From positions 1,674,001-1,738,000 of the forward strand of contig OZ287075.1 of NCBI GenBank assembly GCA_965645245.1: DNA of 64,000 nucleotides, written 5' to 3'. The translations under genes and the position numbers were made by a program. Shown one piece after another: positions 25,614 through 37,854 of the stretch (positions within the stretch are counted from its first letter, which is position 1; every line of letters starts with the position of its first letter). A model generated the notes under the pieces. That model worked only from the letters and a program-made list of their open reading frames with translations, did no database searches and had not been told where the DNA came from. Source of the DNA: Massalongia carnosa. Its lineage: Eukaryota.

Positions 25614-27669
25614 GCAGTTGGAACCCTGTTGTTGCTCTTTCCCTGGTTTCTCCACCACGCTCTGCACCCTCGGGGTTCGGATGTTGCAGCAGATATGTCA
25701 CTCATGAGATCATGTACCTCAACTGAAAGGTGGAAAGGGGATGTAGATGTTCTTATTTTGCTGATCGTCAAAAAAAGGAGGACAATGGCACCGAAACTTT
25801 GGGAGGAGTTCAAAATAGGGTTCAATTTCGTTGTAAGATCTGTAGGTGCGATGTAGGCGCCATGGCTGAAATAATGAACATCGAAATACGCGGTAGGGTA
25901 AAAGTCTATGGAGCGCAAGTACGGGATTATGTAAGGCTGGTACTGGGTAGACCGTATTCCGTACTCGATACAGAGTGCTCTGTACACTGTAGCCTGTACT
26001 GTGTAAGTAGCCTTGTGAAATGCCCGGTAATGCCCACTAGGTGGCTGGTTAGACTTAAACTTGGGGGACTAGATGATTTGCCTCGATTGGTCAAGAGGCA
26101 GAGCACCGGATGACTTTTCCCGGGCTTCTCTCGACAACTCGTCCGGTTCAGCCCACACCAAAAAAAAAACTCTATTAGAGCTTTCAATGCATTTCCGTAG
26201 CCGCACGAGTTAACGTCATATTCTATTGGTTGGACTTTGATTCACTGAGTTTGCTCCTCTTTAAGCATGGATTCGATAGGATCGAAAAGGACAAATGGTT
26301 AGTTACTTTGTGTAGAGCCCTCCGTATTTTCGTCCTAGCGTTACAGTACTCTGTCCCTGTATACCTATTCTGTATCTTCCATGACGAGCTACTAAATAGG
26401 TGCGTTGTCCGAGAAGGTAATCCACGATGCTATCATCATGAGGATAAAACTAGACATATCATCATTCCCCCACGGTACTCGGGCTTCGTGGACTTTACCA
26501 TGTACAATACCTGGTTTTCTTGAACCGTTGTCCCTTATGCATCTGCAAGAAGCACATCGTACGTCGATCGCCGTGCTGCTGGAACACAGCAGATCTGATA
26601 TTTAGTACCTATGATATCCCGATATGGAGTATCTTCTGCACCACCATCATCCTCCTCTCCCAGAATTCCGGTTTAGACGATAGGCTATGACTTCTACCAT
26701 GCTTCCATGCTAGAACACGCCTCTGCCATGTGCATTCCGACCCTTGCCCTATCAAAAGGCGGTGATGTCATGCATTGTGGCAGCTAAAGGCCGGCAACTC
26801 ATATCCACGAGCAATTCACACAATCAAAGCTCAACACGGACACGGCTATCGTGTCAGGTCATTGGATCCAATAAGTAAGCTCCGAGCGACTGGAGCCGAG
26901 GTGCAGGATCCCCCCTTGTCATTGCTTCCCGCATTGTTTCCTTCGTTCAAGCCCTAACCCTTTCTCGAGAACATCTTTTTGACTGGCAGATGCAAAACAA
27001 ATACCGAGCTTACCCTCCACCCGCTTCGTCGATCAGACATTACTTTCGCTTCTATGAAATATGCCGTTGGCATCGAACGCCATCACTTACCCGTTTCGTT
27101 CTGGCTGAAAAGCGGACCGGAACACACCTGTCGCATTGCCTCTAGGCATATTGCCTATCACCCTTCAGAGCCATCTGTTTATCAACCTTCATGAGAGAGT
27201 TCTTTAACTCAACCTCAAATACTTAAGAAGTACCGTAGAGGTACTCTATGCTATTCGGTTACCAGCAGCGCCATCGCCTCTTTCCCATCTACAGCAACTA
27301 GACCACGATGACCCATGCACACGGAACAGGAATCATTGATGCTGTAGTAAGAAACCGTTAAGCTAGGAATGGTGGCTGCAATTTTCCGGGACAGACACCA
27401 ATACTTCCAATACTGCTATTGGACAAGCTTGTTTACCTTTTTTGCAAGTTGTGCATTAGAAGCACATGTTTCTTGCAAAGAAAAAAGGTTAGAAAGACCT
27501 TCGTTCCCGAGGCCACGAGAACGGGTAGTAGTGGGCGTCTGCATGCACAGAGTCGGAGTACACTACGCCATGGACGTTAGCCCAGGCTTTTGCCGAGACA
27601 TGATGTTGAATGTGCCCTAAAGGATGCAGAACTTGAATAGCCCGAAATTACTGAGAAGTAGGAGACCTA

Positions 27670-28170
27670 GGGTCTGTTCGGTAACATTAAGACTGCTCCT
27701 TTTTGCACCCCTGAATAAGCTGGTGTCCGTGCGTTTATAGCGTCTTATTCGCGGCTACAATAAACAAGTAAACTCGTCGTATATTCTTTGCGTCTATTCG
27801 ACTCATGCTGAGTAGTCAGAATTAGATTGGGAAAAATTCTCATCAAGATTAAATTGATAACCGTCGCTGTTTGCGATCGTCGCTGCAAGTAGTGTTCCAT
27901 ATTTAAAAGATATACAATCGTCGAATACAGAGGCAAATAGAACCCTCCTTAATAAAAAAAGGACCTCGCGACCACCTTTTTTTGGCCCCCTGCGACAATC
28001 CCTGCAGACCCTTTGCAATATACCAATTATAGAACTTGCCGCGAAGGAGACTCCTTAAAAAATAAGGAGGAGGCCGAACCGAACGGAAGGCCTTTTTCAT
28101 CATAAGGAGGTTCCATATTTTCAAGAAGGAGGCTCCTTATTGACAATAAGGAGGTTACCGAACGGGGCCC
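27670..28170. mobile_element. MITE-like element, ~500 bp, with GGG(C)CCGTTCGG-type ends
   Basis: TA|GGGTCTGTTCGGTAAC (27670-27685) is an imperfect inverted repeat of GTTACCGAACGGGGCCC|TA (28154-28170). Sub-terminal ATAAGGAGG/CTCCTTA motifs repeat from ~27945 to 28153. Confidence 0.65.
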
Positions 28171-30326
28171 TATACGACGTCTGATGGTGGCGAAGCTAAT
28201 GATACTAAAATATTATTTCCTCATATCGAAGTATATGCAAGAATAGAAGTACAATATATCCTAACCGTATCATTCCAGAATTCTTCTCTGTATAGGCTAT
28301 GTGATATTGACGATGTTATTGATTATTAGGTCTTGAATTTGGCGACAGTAAGATTATGAACTTATGCCCCAAACAAGAAATCTACGCCGAATATGTCAAC
28401 GATTTTGAAAAAAAATTAAGCTAAACTAGGTGCTAGCAAAATGCAAAACAAACAGTAGCCAGCAGGGGTTTTACTAAGATTCTTAAATCATATGAATCTG
28501 AATCGGTGAGTTGGTGGCCAGGCGGGACGACTTCATGATACATCTCTGAATACAAAGGACTTCTCAGTTTGCCGCGCTGAAGGTTTTGCGCCTTCGGTCA
28601 TGAGTTTCGCAGATACCGGAGAGATATCTTTTGGCAAGGACGATACCCCTAGTATCAGAATTGTCTGACCAGATATACCTTTCGACGCAAGAGACTAGAA
28701 CCGTCGCTTGAGACACTCTGTTTAGCTTCGAACCCTTTATTCTTACACTGATGCTGATTAATTCCATGAGTAACATCAAGTCGCGTCGCTTCGTGTTCAG
28801 ACGGACACATTGGACGCAAATAAATACTAACATTTCAGCCTTCTGATAACTCATGCTCTAGAGTGGCCGAGGATCTCCCAAAACAATGGATAGATCCTCG
28901 AATAGCAAATTGTATGAGGGAATAGAAAATTATTCCCACAAGAAAATTTTCAAAACTACTTGGTTATGTTAGGATTTACGCTCATTACAGTCGGGCACTG
29001 CCAATGGGGCTTTATCCGGCATTGCGGCAGAAATATATTTCATTAAGATATTATTCGCTTTGCGAAAAGGAGAAACAAGGTCGTTTCCCACCTCCTCCCT
29101 ACTTCCGCAAACTTACCTCGAATATGTTCTCCGACTTCTTCCACTGCTTGTTCTGTTATAGGCTGCATTCCCTTCTATACTCCCTGTTCAAAGCCCTCCT
29201 ATCAGCACTCACTTCTTCGACAGTCTCTCACAGGCATCATACCTATCTCGGTACTTTCTTCCTGAAACAAAAGCTCAATTGAAAAACCTGCTTTGCTACC
29301 GTTTCTTAAGTCATCTAGTATGATTTCTTCTCGACATATAGGTAATTTCCCTTACCCTCTCCAACCCTACATATCCTCGAAAATTATCTAGGTAGGTACT
29401 TTCTTTCCAGAAGCTGATAGGTCTTCTTAACCTATTCTACCTTTCAAAACATTACCAATATCATCATCCGGCAAGATCTTACAATCCTCCCGGCTTTTCC
29501 CCTAGGCCCCTCCCAATACTCGTTCAGTGAGCAACGAGCAGCTAGCTTTCTTGTTGTATGCAATATCAAACGAATAAGGCACAAGTACCTATTCTACGAT
29601 GGGATATCACGTCTCGTTGCCCGTTCTATGAGGGGTCGCTCTATTAGTTAGAGTAAATATTATACCCAGTGAAATAGCTAGCTAGACACTTGTGTGAAGA
29701 AGGCCAGTGGATGACGAAAAGGCCCATAGGCTATGGAATCGGACTGTTAGTGAGCGATTTTGAACTACTTGCTTTCAAGAAGATCTATCAAGAGGCCACA
29801 TTATCTGCGCCGTACATGAATCTCAAGGTTCTGAACAAACAAACGTCAACAATGATGATGGCACACGCAACGTCATGATTCTTGCTTACGCAAGTAGCGA
29901 TATCCGAATGTAAAGCCTTGAGATGATTTACCAACCTTAATATTCAATAATCGCAAAATAACCATTTCTTCCCCTCCCCCCCTATTTTTCTATCGGTGGA
30001 AAACAGGCACCTGCCTTATTGGCTGGCTTCTCCATCTAAGGCTGAGTTGGCTGGTCTCGATCGGGGCTAGAGTTTGCCGACGAACTGTTCGAGAGGCGAG
30101 GCTATTTCGGAACGGCGGATGCGAATATCATCGAGAGAAGAACCTGCTCTCGTGGTTCGCGTTCCACACCTAAAAGGAGAGATGATATTTAAAAGACGAA
30201 GAAAGAAACAATCAACAAACCACACGCAATTGTTTTGGGAAAGCAATACGAGACGTTGGAGAAGATGTTGTTAAAGCGTGAATATTAAGATATGTACTAT
30301 AATGTCCCTACAGCTTTTGTTTCATT

Positions 30327-32012
30327 TCATAAAGCAGGCAGCGTATCCGACGTCCACTGCCCCTCGTTATAATTCCTGGCGAACTCCGTGATATCGCTCC
30401 CATTGTTCTGGAAATACACGCGAAACCCGTGGTTCAGGTCGTTCTCCGTCTGCGTCAAGTTCTCCATCGTGGAAAAGTTGCCATCAAACATGTTGAGCGC
30501 TGCCATCTGCGAGCCGGGGCCCGCGACGGCGGAGCCGACATCTATGAGACTGCCCCACGTGGAAGTATCGGCGCTGAGTACTGGTTGGAGAGCTTTTATG
30601 GCGCGAGTCGGGTCTTGAAAGAAGATGAGGTTGTTAGTGTCGCCGGTGCGGATACGGCTGATGGAGGAATTGGGTTGAATGGTGATGGGTGCTGGATCGA
30701 GGACTGTTGGGGAGAAGGAAAATCAGCACCATGCTAAGGAGGAGGTTGGTTTTGAGGTGAGTGATTGGCAGGTTTCAAGGGATAATTTGCTTCATACCTT
30801 TCCTCCAGCCGCCGAGAGGATGTGCTGTAGTGTTTTTTGCGCTATTTGCATTGGTGTCGTTCGAATCTTTCCACCAAAGCTCTAGCTTGTCCTCCGTATT
30901 CGACAAAAACACGTAGGATAAACTGGTGTTGGACGCGGAGCAGGCGATGCCAGAGTTCCCTGTGGAGCCGGGGAAGGGTTTGTGCGATGTCCATGCCTGG
31001 CTGCCGAAATTAAAAATAAGCTCGTGGACCAAGTTGTCGCTGCCGCCATAGTATAGCTCGAATACACGTTCATTCACGGTCGTGTTTTGACCGTTCCATC
31101 TTTCGTTGCTACAAGCGGCCAAACCGACGCTTTTGCTCTCAGAGGGTTGAATGTTAAGCGCGCCGAGTGAGCCTCGATTCCAGTTACTTGCACCTCCGGA
31201 ATTGATCGTTTCCTGTAACGTACCCGAAGAGTCGATGTAAAAGATGTGATACTAGATCGAGTTGTCAGCCTTGGCGCGATGGTAGAAGCGGCTTGATTTG
31301 TATGTATACTATCGGCTGAGACTTGGGATCTACGGCATAAGTCGCTACCGCCATTGGAGTCCCATTTTTCACGGTCGCAGGGAGTCCAACGTTGGTATAA
31401 GATGCAGCAACCCATTCGTAGTTATTCAGCTCGAGATCTCGAATCTCCCCGGTGGCATGTTGGTAGTAAAGATGGTAGATATAGTCATCTTTTGAGGTAC
31501 CAAGCTGCAACAATGCCATTCCCGTACCGTTGAAAGCTCCAGTCGTAGGAACGCTTAAGCCCACACTGTGCCACTCAGATAAATTGGATCAGCCTAATTA
31601 AACTAGTATGATAGATGAATGCTAGTTACCTTGAGCGCTTCCGAGGAAGAATGAGGCTCAGTGGCAACGCAATGGCTAGAGACATGGTAACCACCGCGAC
31701 TGCAATCGCAAGGAGCCAGAATCTCCATTTCCACGAACGAGGAGCTTGGGCTGTTGCGTTTGGGTCGCCAGTCACAAAGGTAACCATTGAGTTCTCTGTA
31801 ATACCAAGCCCGGTCTTCTCCATTCTGCTCATGGGACTTTGAGGTTGACACAAATCGGAGCATCTTTCAGCCGGAGAGAGTTCCGGCCCATGATCAACCC
31901 TTGACGAATCCATTGACAATTCCAGTCCCGAAATGTACGGTGAAGTCCCAGATTCTTCCAGCATATGTCGGGTAGTGCGACCAGCTTCGTAGCTGCTGTT
32001 GTCGCCGAGCAT
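30327..32012 (-). CDS. Type II membrane-anchored fungal fucose-specific-lectin-like (AAL-type) six-bladed beta-propeller protein, 4 exons
   Basis: N-terminal cytosolic tail, then TM FWLLAIAVAVVTMSLAIALPLSLIL. Six blade-like units follow: HLYYQHATGEI, HIFYIDSSGTLQE, ELYYGGSDNLVHE, YVFLSNTEDKLE, LIFFQDPTRAI, RVYFQNNGSDITE, each followed by a Trp. The start Met may be 32012 or 31964. Confidence 0.78.
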
Positions 32013-32741
32013 ACCCTCTATGCTGTATAAACGAATGTTAAAATTGATGGAAGATAAGGAGAAAAAGGTGGGTCCACGGCGTATTAACTCTGGGCCTGAC
32101 AAGGCTTTGTTTGTTCACAGCTCCAGAGGACTGCAACGGCATTTGTTCGGGTTCAGCCTCCAGCATAATATCTTCATGCACCGCGCCGGGCGAGTACGGC
32201 TGGAGGGCAGCTGGTACTTTGCATACGGTACCGTACGACCTGACATGTAAGGCTAATTTTGGAGCCAAATCAATCGCATCGAATCGAATGAACTCTGAGA
32301 AGGACCTTATGGACCATTGGGTCTTAGAGACTAGAGAGGTTTTGTAATTCATTGAGACCGAACAAACAATTTCAAGTTTATGCAGCACAACACATGTAAT
32401 TAGAAAATGCTTAATGTCTAAGGAAGAGGAAGAAAACAAATCGTTAGTGTACTGGCATGAAAGAGGATGTTGCCCACATGGGTCAGCCTTTGACCGGTGA
32501 CACATCAGAGTATGAATTCATCATCGTGAAAAAGGAGGTAGATTCATTGAAGGAAAATAATTAGTCACGATAACTACGGAAGCACGAGGTTCCCTAGACA
32601 AACGGCTAACGTCGGCTCAAGAAGGGAAACAAAACCAGTCACGCCAGTTCAACTTTACTATCCGTATTCTTCTCAAAACCCTTCAACCGGCCTAGCAATC
32701 GCCCAATGCGCATTGGATTTGTTTGAAGGGATGCAAATACG

Positions 32742-34877
32742 ATGACATTCGCCGGACGCCTGGGTTTGGTGAATTTTAGGGAAGCTCTTTGCCGCAAACA
32801 AACTTTCCCATGGCAGAAATATAGCCGATCGATAGCTACGCATACATTCAGTCACCATGCATCCTTACTATCTATAATTCCTACTAAGATTGACACCGCT
32901 TCGGCTGAGTTCAGGGGAAATGCAGCGCGCTATGAGGAGCTAATGGCAAATATGCAAGAGCTTCATCAGAAGATCGAACGAGGGGGCCCCGAGAAGGCAA
33001 GAGAAAAGCACATAGCTAGGGGCAAGATGCTGCCACGAGAGTATGTTTTGGTGTTCTAGTACTCAAGTGCTGACGGTACCTCACCGCAGTCGCATCACCG
33101 CCCTCATCGACCCCGGGACACCATTCTTAGAGTTGTCGTCCTTGGCTGGACATCAACTCTACCCAGAGGAAGATGTTCCAGCGGGTGGAATTATAACAGG
33201 GGTTGGCACGGTGCATGGGGTATCCTGCGTAATTATAGCAAATGACAGCACGTATGTTTGATACGAGAATGGTGACAGGATTTAGCTAATAGTACTTCTT
33301 TGAAGCGTAAAGGGAGGTACATACTTCCCAATTACTGTGAAGAAGCATTTACGAGCGCAAGCTATAGCCCAAGAGAACAGTGCGACACCGCTCTGTGCCG
33401 AATTATAGCTAGAACGCTTGCTGAGAACTCTAGAACTACCATGCATCTATCTTGTTGACTCTGGCGGAGCCAATCTCCCTCACCAGGCAGATGTGTTCCC
33501 AGATAAAGAGCATTTCGGCCGCATCTTTTATAATCAGGCAAGAAGTAAAGCCCTTGAACCTTTTCTTATTGTCCAAACTGACCCTCTAAGTGAGCTCTAT
33601 GGGTATTTCTCAGATATCCGTAGTTATGGGCCCATGCACCGCGGGCGGCGCATATGTCCCTGCCATGTCAGACGAGTCCATTATTGTCGAAAAGCAAGGC
33701 ACTATATACTTAGCTGGACCGCCTTTGGTGAAAGCAGCTACTGGCGAAATCGTCACCGCGGAGGATTTAGGGGGTGGGAAATTGCACAGCTCGATCTCTG
33801 GCGTCACGGACTACCTTGCTGTGGATGACGCGCACGCTTTGATCCTTGCCAGAAGATCTATCAGCAATCTGAATTGGTCTGTGCCAGAAAAACGAATGGT
33901 ATCTTTCAATGAACCTATCTACGATCCGGACGAACTTGGTGGCATTGTTGGGACGAATCTCCGAAAGCCAATCCCCGCTCACGAAATCATTGCTAGAATC
34001 GTCGATGGCAGCGAATTTGCCGAGTTCAAGATGGACTATGGCACTACACTTGTGACAGGTAATCCCCCTTTTCCACGTCCTTTGAAAAACCTTACCCCTC
34101 ACAATTTATCCAGGGTTCGCCCGCATCCACGGATATCAGGTCGGCATCCTTGCCAATAATGGCATTCTCTTCTCAGAATCTTCCTTGAAGGGTGCACACT
34201 TCATTCAGCTCTGCGCGCAGCGCCAAATCCCACTCATCTTTTTGCAAAACATTAGCGGCTTCATGGTCGGCGCCGACGCGGAAAAAGGTGGTATTGCCAA
34301 GCATGGCGCCAAGCTCGTCACGGCTGTCGCCTGTGCCAATGTGCCTAAGTTTACCATCGTCTTCGGCGCCAGTGCCGGAGCCGGCAATTATGGAATGTGG
34401 TGTGTATTTTCTGAAACCCCTCCTTACTTCAATCTTATTTCCCCGAACCTCGTCTCCCTGCCCCATCCATATCGCAAGCCTCCCTAAACCCTTACACATC
34501 TCGGTCATTCATCCCAACATCAGCTAAATCTCCTCCCAAGCGGCCGCGCCTACTCCCCCCGATTCCTCTGGATGTGGCCTAACGCCCGCATCGGCGTCAT
34601 GGGCCCTGAGCAACTCGCCGCCGTGATGCAATCGGTCCGAGGCAAATCGACCTCGACCCCTGGCACTGACTCTAACCAGAGCGCGGACACGCTGAAAGCC
34701 CGCATCGAGCGCGAGAGCGAGGCGGTTTTTTCATCGGCAAGGCTGTGGGACGATGGGATAGTACCGCCTGGGGGGACGAGGGGGATGTTGGGTATGGGCT
34801 TAAGAGCTGCATTGGGGAGTAGGGCTAGGTGGGAGGCGGAGGATGGAGGGACAAAGTGGGGAGTTTTTAGGATGTGA
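32742..34877 (+). CDS. mccB: 3-methylcrotonyl-CoA carboxylase beta subunit, mitochondrial, multi-exon
   Basis: [105 protein letters not shown]. Confidence 0.96.
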
Positions 34878-35562
34878 AATGGGTTTTCTGGGTGGAGTTG
34901 CTTTGGATATGAGAGATTTGTGAGAGTGGGAATCAGCTACCTGGATCTCCCGGATTCAATGTACGGTTAAAGTTTCGTTTAATTTTCGCTCACTCCCACC
35001 GGCTCTCTAACACCGAAATCCAGCCTATCTAGATTGATCCTCCACAAAAAATTACTTCCTTCTTTCTAAGACCATCGCTACTCGCAAACCCCTCTCCGAA
35101 AACAATAGACTACACGTTATATAGTTTCCCCCCAAACAAAAAGAAAACTCTAAGCTTTAGCATTTTGCCTTGCGCTTCCTCATCCAGCGAGCAATCTCGT
35201 CTTGTCTTTGAGTCATGGTGAGTCTCTATATACCTCTTCTGCAACCCATATCCAAATCTAAATCCAAGTCTCCTCAAAATCCCTCCTCCCCCAAAGAAAA
35301 TAACAAAACGATAGCTATAGATCTTCAACGATATTCTAACGGCACCTTTTTAGAAGGAGGCCGGATCCTGCTTATCAGATTGTAACTTTGAGTTTCTTGC
35401 TTTGGGGTTCCAGGTAAGGGATCTTGGGTGCGGAAGGGTTGAATGAGGTAAGGTAGAATAGCCAATCGAAGCGTTTCATTGGCCTCATTCGTTTTCTAAC
35501 TCCGCTTGATATCAATGCCGTTGGGGACATCGTTCCGCAGGCCCAAGTTCAAGACTTCTTGC

Positions 35563-37576
35563 TTATACAGCAATATTGACTTTTTCAGACACACTGGAAG
35601 GATCTTGAACCTGAGAGCTCATCTCGATATTTACTGAGAGCTCCACGTCATCCTCCGGGGTTCCTGCTTTGCAAGCCCATGCATCGACGTACTTCAAGGT
35701 TTCTTTACTCCACACTTTGTTCATTAGCAAGAGCCGAACGGGCACGAGAGCGATGATGATGATTGGAAACGCAGGAGCGCCCTTGGTTAGCGTGACGATG
35801 AATATAACAATCGTCACCACGATCTGTACCGTTGTATACATGTGAACGCCAAAATACCCTTTGACGCCACTTGGTAATTGTGGTAAATCGCTCGGTGGAG
35901 TTAGCAGGGAGAAGAATCGATATAGAACCGGACTGTTTCTTCGATTAGCAAGAGAGTTGAGATGAGAAAGGGGCGATTATACTTGACACTAAGGCTTTGT
36001 TCGCCCATAAATATAAAGAGTCCTGCAAGCACGCTTGTAGGCGTCAAACCGAGAACATGTTGCAGCGGGGGGCTGATAAAGGCCAGTATCGCTACAGCAT
36101 GAAGGAAAGCACTCCAGCGTTGTTCATGTACTCGTTGCACCTGATGAATCTCTGTCCTTTCATCGCCATTCACGGAGACAATCACAGGTTCTTCCTCAGT
36201 ATGCATCAAGCTCTCTGAATGCAACGGTGCTTGCGGGAGAAGCCCATTTGCTGGTGGAATGCCCAGCATACCACAGATTGCAGTGGTAGTGCCAAGGAGG
36301 ACAATATCCCACGAAAATCCACCAGCTTTTTTCGTTCCGTATCGATCGATGGTGCAAATGATGCTGCTAACTTCGTGGTCAAAGAAGAAGAGAATGGTAA
36401 TTATCATTCCGGGAATAATGGCAGCAAAAATCCACGCAATAGAGAGCTGCCAGAAATGAACAAAAAAGACGGAGCGATCAGGACTTGTCGGTTTGAAGGA
36501 CGTGCTTGTCTGTAGACTCATCCTATCTAGAGAAGCTAATTCACCGATATGAGGCATTCCAATGAAAACAATGATACTGATCGCCGCTGCATACTCGGTG
36601 AGCCCCATACGGATATACCGATGAAACAACGGTTTCCAGCTATTAGCTGTTGAGAAAAAAACCGCCACTAACATGGTTCCGATCGCGCCAATAATGGCGT
36701 AGAGAAAAGCTGCAAACGATAGAGTATCATGAACACGCTCCAACTCTTGCACAGCTTTATGAAAGTAGATGATACTGTTTAGAAGCGAGAATATTTCAGT
36801 GGAGAATGTCGTCACATAACACATGGTCCAATCGTGAGCGTTAATGATTGCAAGGATATAGAGCATCCATCCAGCATGGATGAGCGACCAGGCCATGAAA
36901 GGAAGGAATGGGATCTACTCGATTGGGCTTCAGAATTCAAATCACACAGGGCCGCCTTTACTTACGTTGAAAGAGCTAACGCAAAGAGAGTACATGTTCT
37001 CGGCCAGCACAGAAAAAGGTCCAGTAACACCAAGGATGGTAAGAGGCTGAACTGAGAAACTAAGATGAGTGTGAGCGTTATGAGCTCTCTAAATAAAATG
37101 CAGAACAATGATTTATTGAGCAATCGAGGGAGAACGATCGCAAAATAGGAGTGTAGAGAATGCTACCTAGATCAAGAACGCTCCATTAAACAGCTATAAT
37201 AAAAACCTTACAACACATTACGCTTGATTCTTTAAAAATAAGAATAAAGAACAAGAAACTCCAATACAATAAATATTCCCATTACTCCACCATTAAACGA
37301 TTTAGCTAAAGAGAAGTTGACGCACAGGGAAAATATTATCCCACATAAACCGGTACTGAAGACCACCTCAATGGTTCCCCAGCTTCGCCCAGTTAGAACA
37401 TAGAGATCGCTTGCAAACGTAATCCCCGGTAGCAAGTTCGTGAAAAACAGGTAAACCGCGCTTGCCACGATTAGCTGGTTAAAGATGGTCCAATCTGATA
37501 TATAACGTTGACGAAGGCTATGGAGGTCCTGGCGGAGGAGACGAAAAGGCAATAGGGTCGATATAGATCTCTTCAT
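35563..37576 (-). CDS. HCO3-/borate transporter family (SLC4/BOR1-like), multi-exon
   Basis: Y.SDW, FFTNLLPGITFASDL, QPLTILGVTGP, FSTEIFSLL, LFFFDHEVSS, GFSWD, NGLLPQAPLHSESL, EQRWS, VLAGLFIFMG, FPIII..LVPVR. Confidence 0.92.
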
Positions 37577-37854
37577 TTTTGAAAGGAAGGTCCACTGATA
37601 TTTTAAGATATGCCTATTTTGAAATCAAAGTTTGAAAGCAAAGTCCTGTAATCATAGAAAACGAAAAGAAATTATACGAGTAAATGATCACATAGGAGTT
37701 CGCCCTAATCGTGCCAAAACACTAAACCCCAACCGAGTCAGGGTCTAACTTAGTGCCCATCACCCTACTAACGCATTCAGCCTACTGACGCACTTTTCCC
37801 ATTTCTACTACCATTTCCGCTACAAATTGGGGACAACAACGGTTAATCAAGCTT

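Noticed and set aside
25667..27600. Several 60-127-aa ORFs upstream of RSR1
   Set aside because: No motifs, codon bias or exon structure; probably a long 5' regulatory/UTR region.
4804..32012. Fucose-utilisation cluster (FucP-like permease plus fucose-lectin-like gene)
   Set aside because: The two genes are 24 kb apart with unrelated housekeeping genes between them, and no fucose catabolic enzymes are present.
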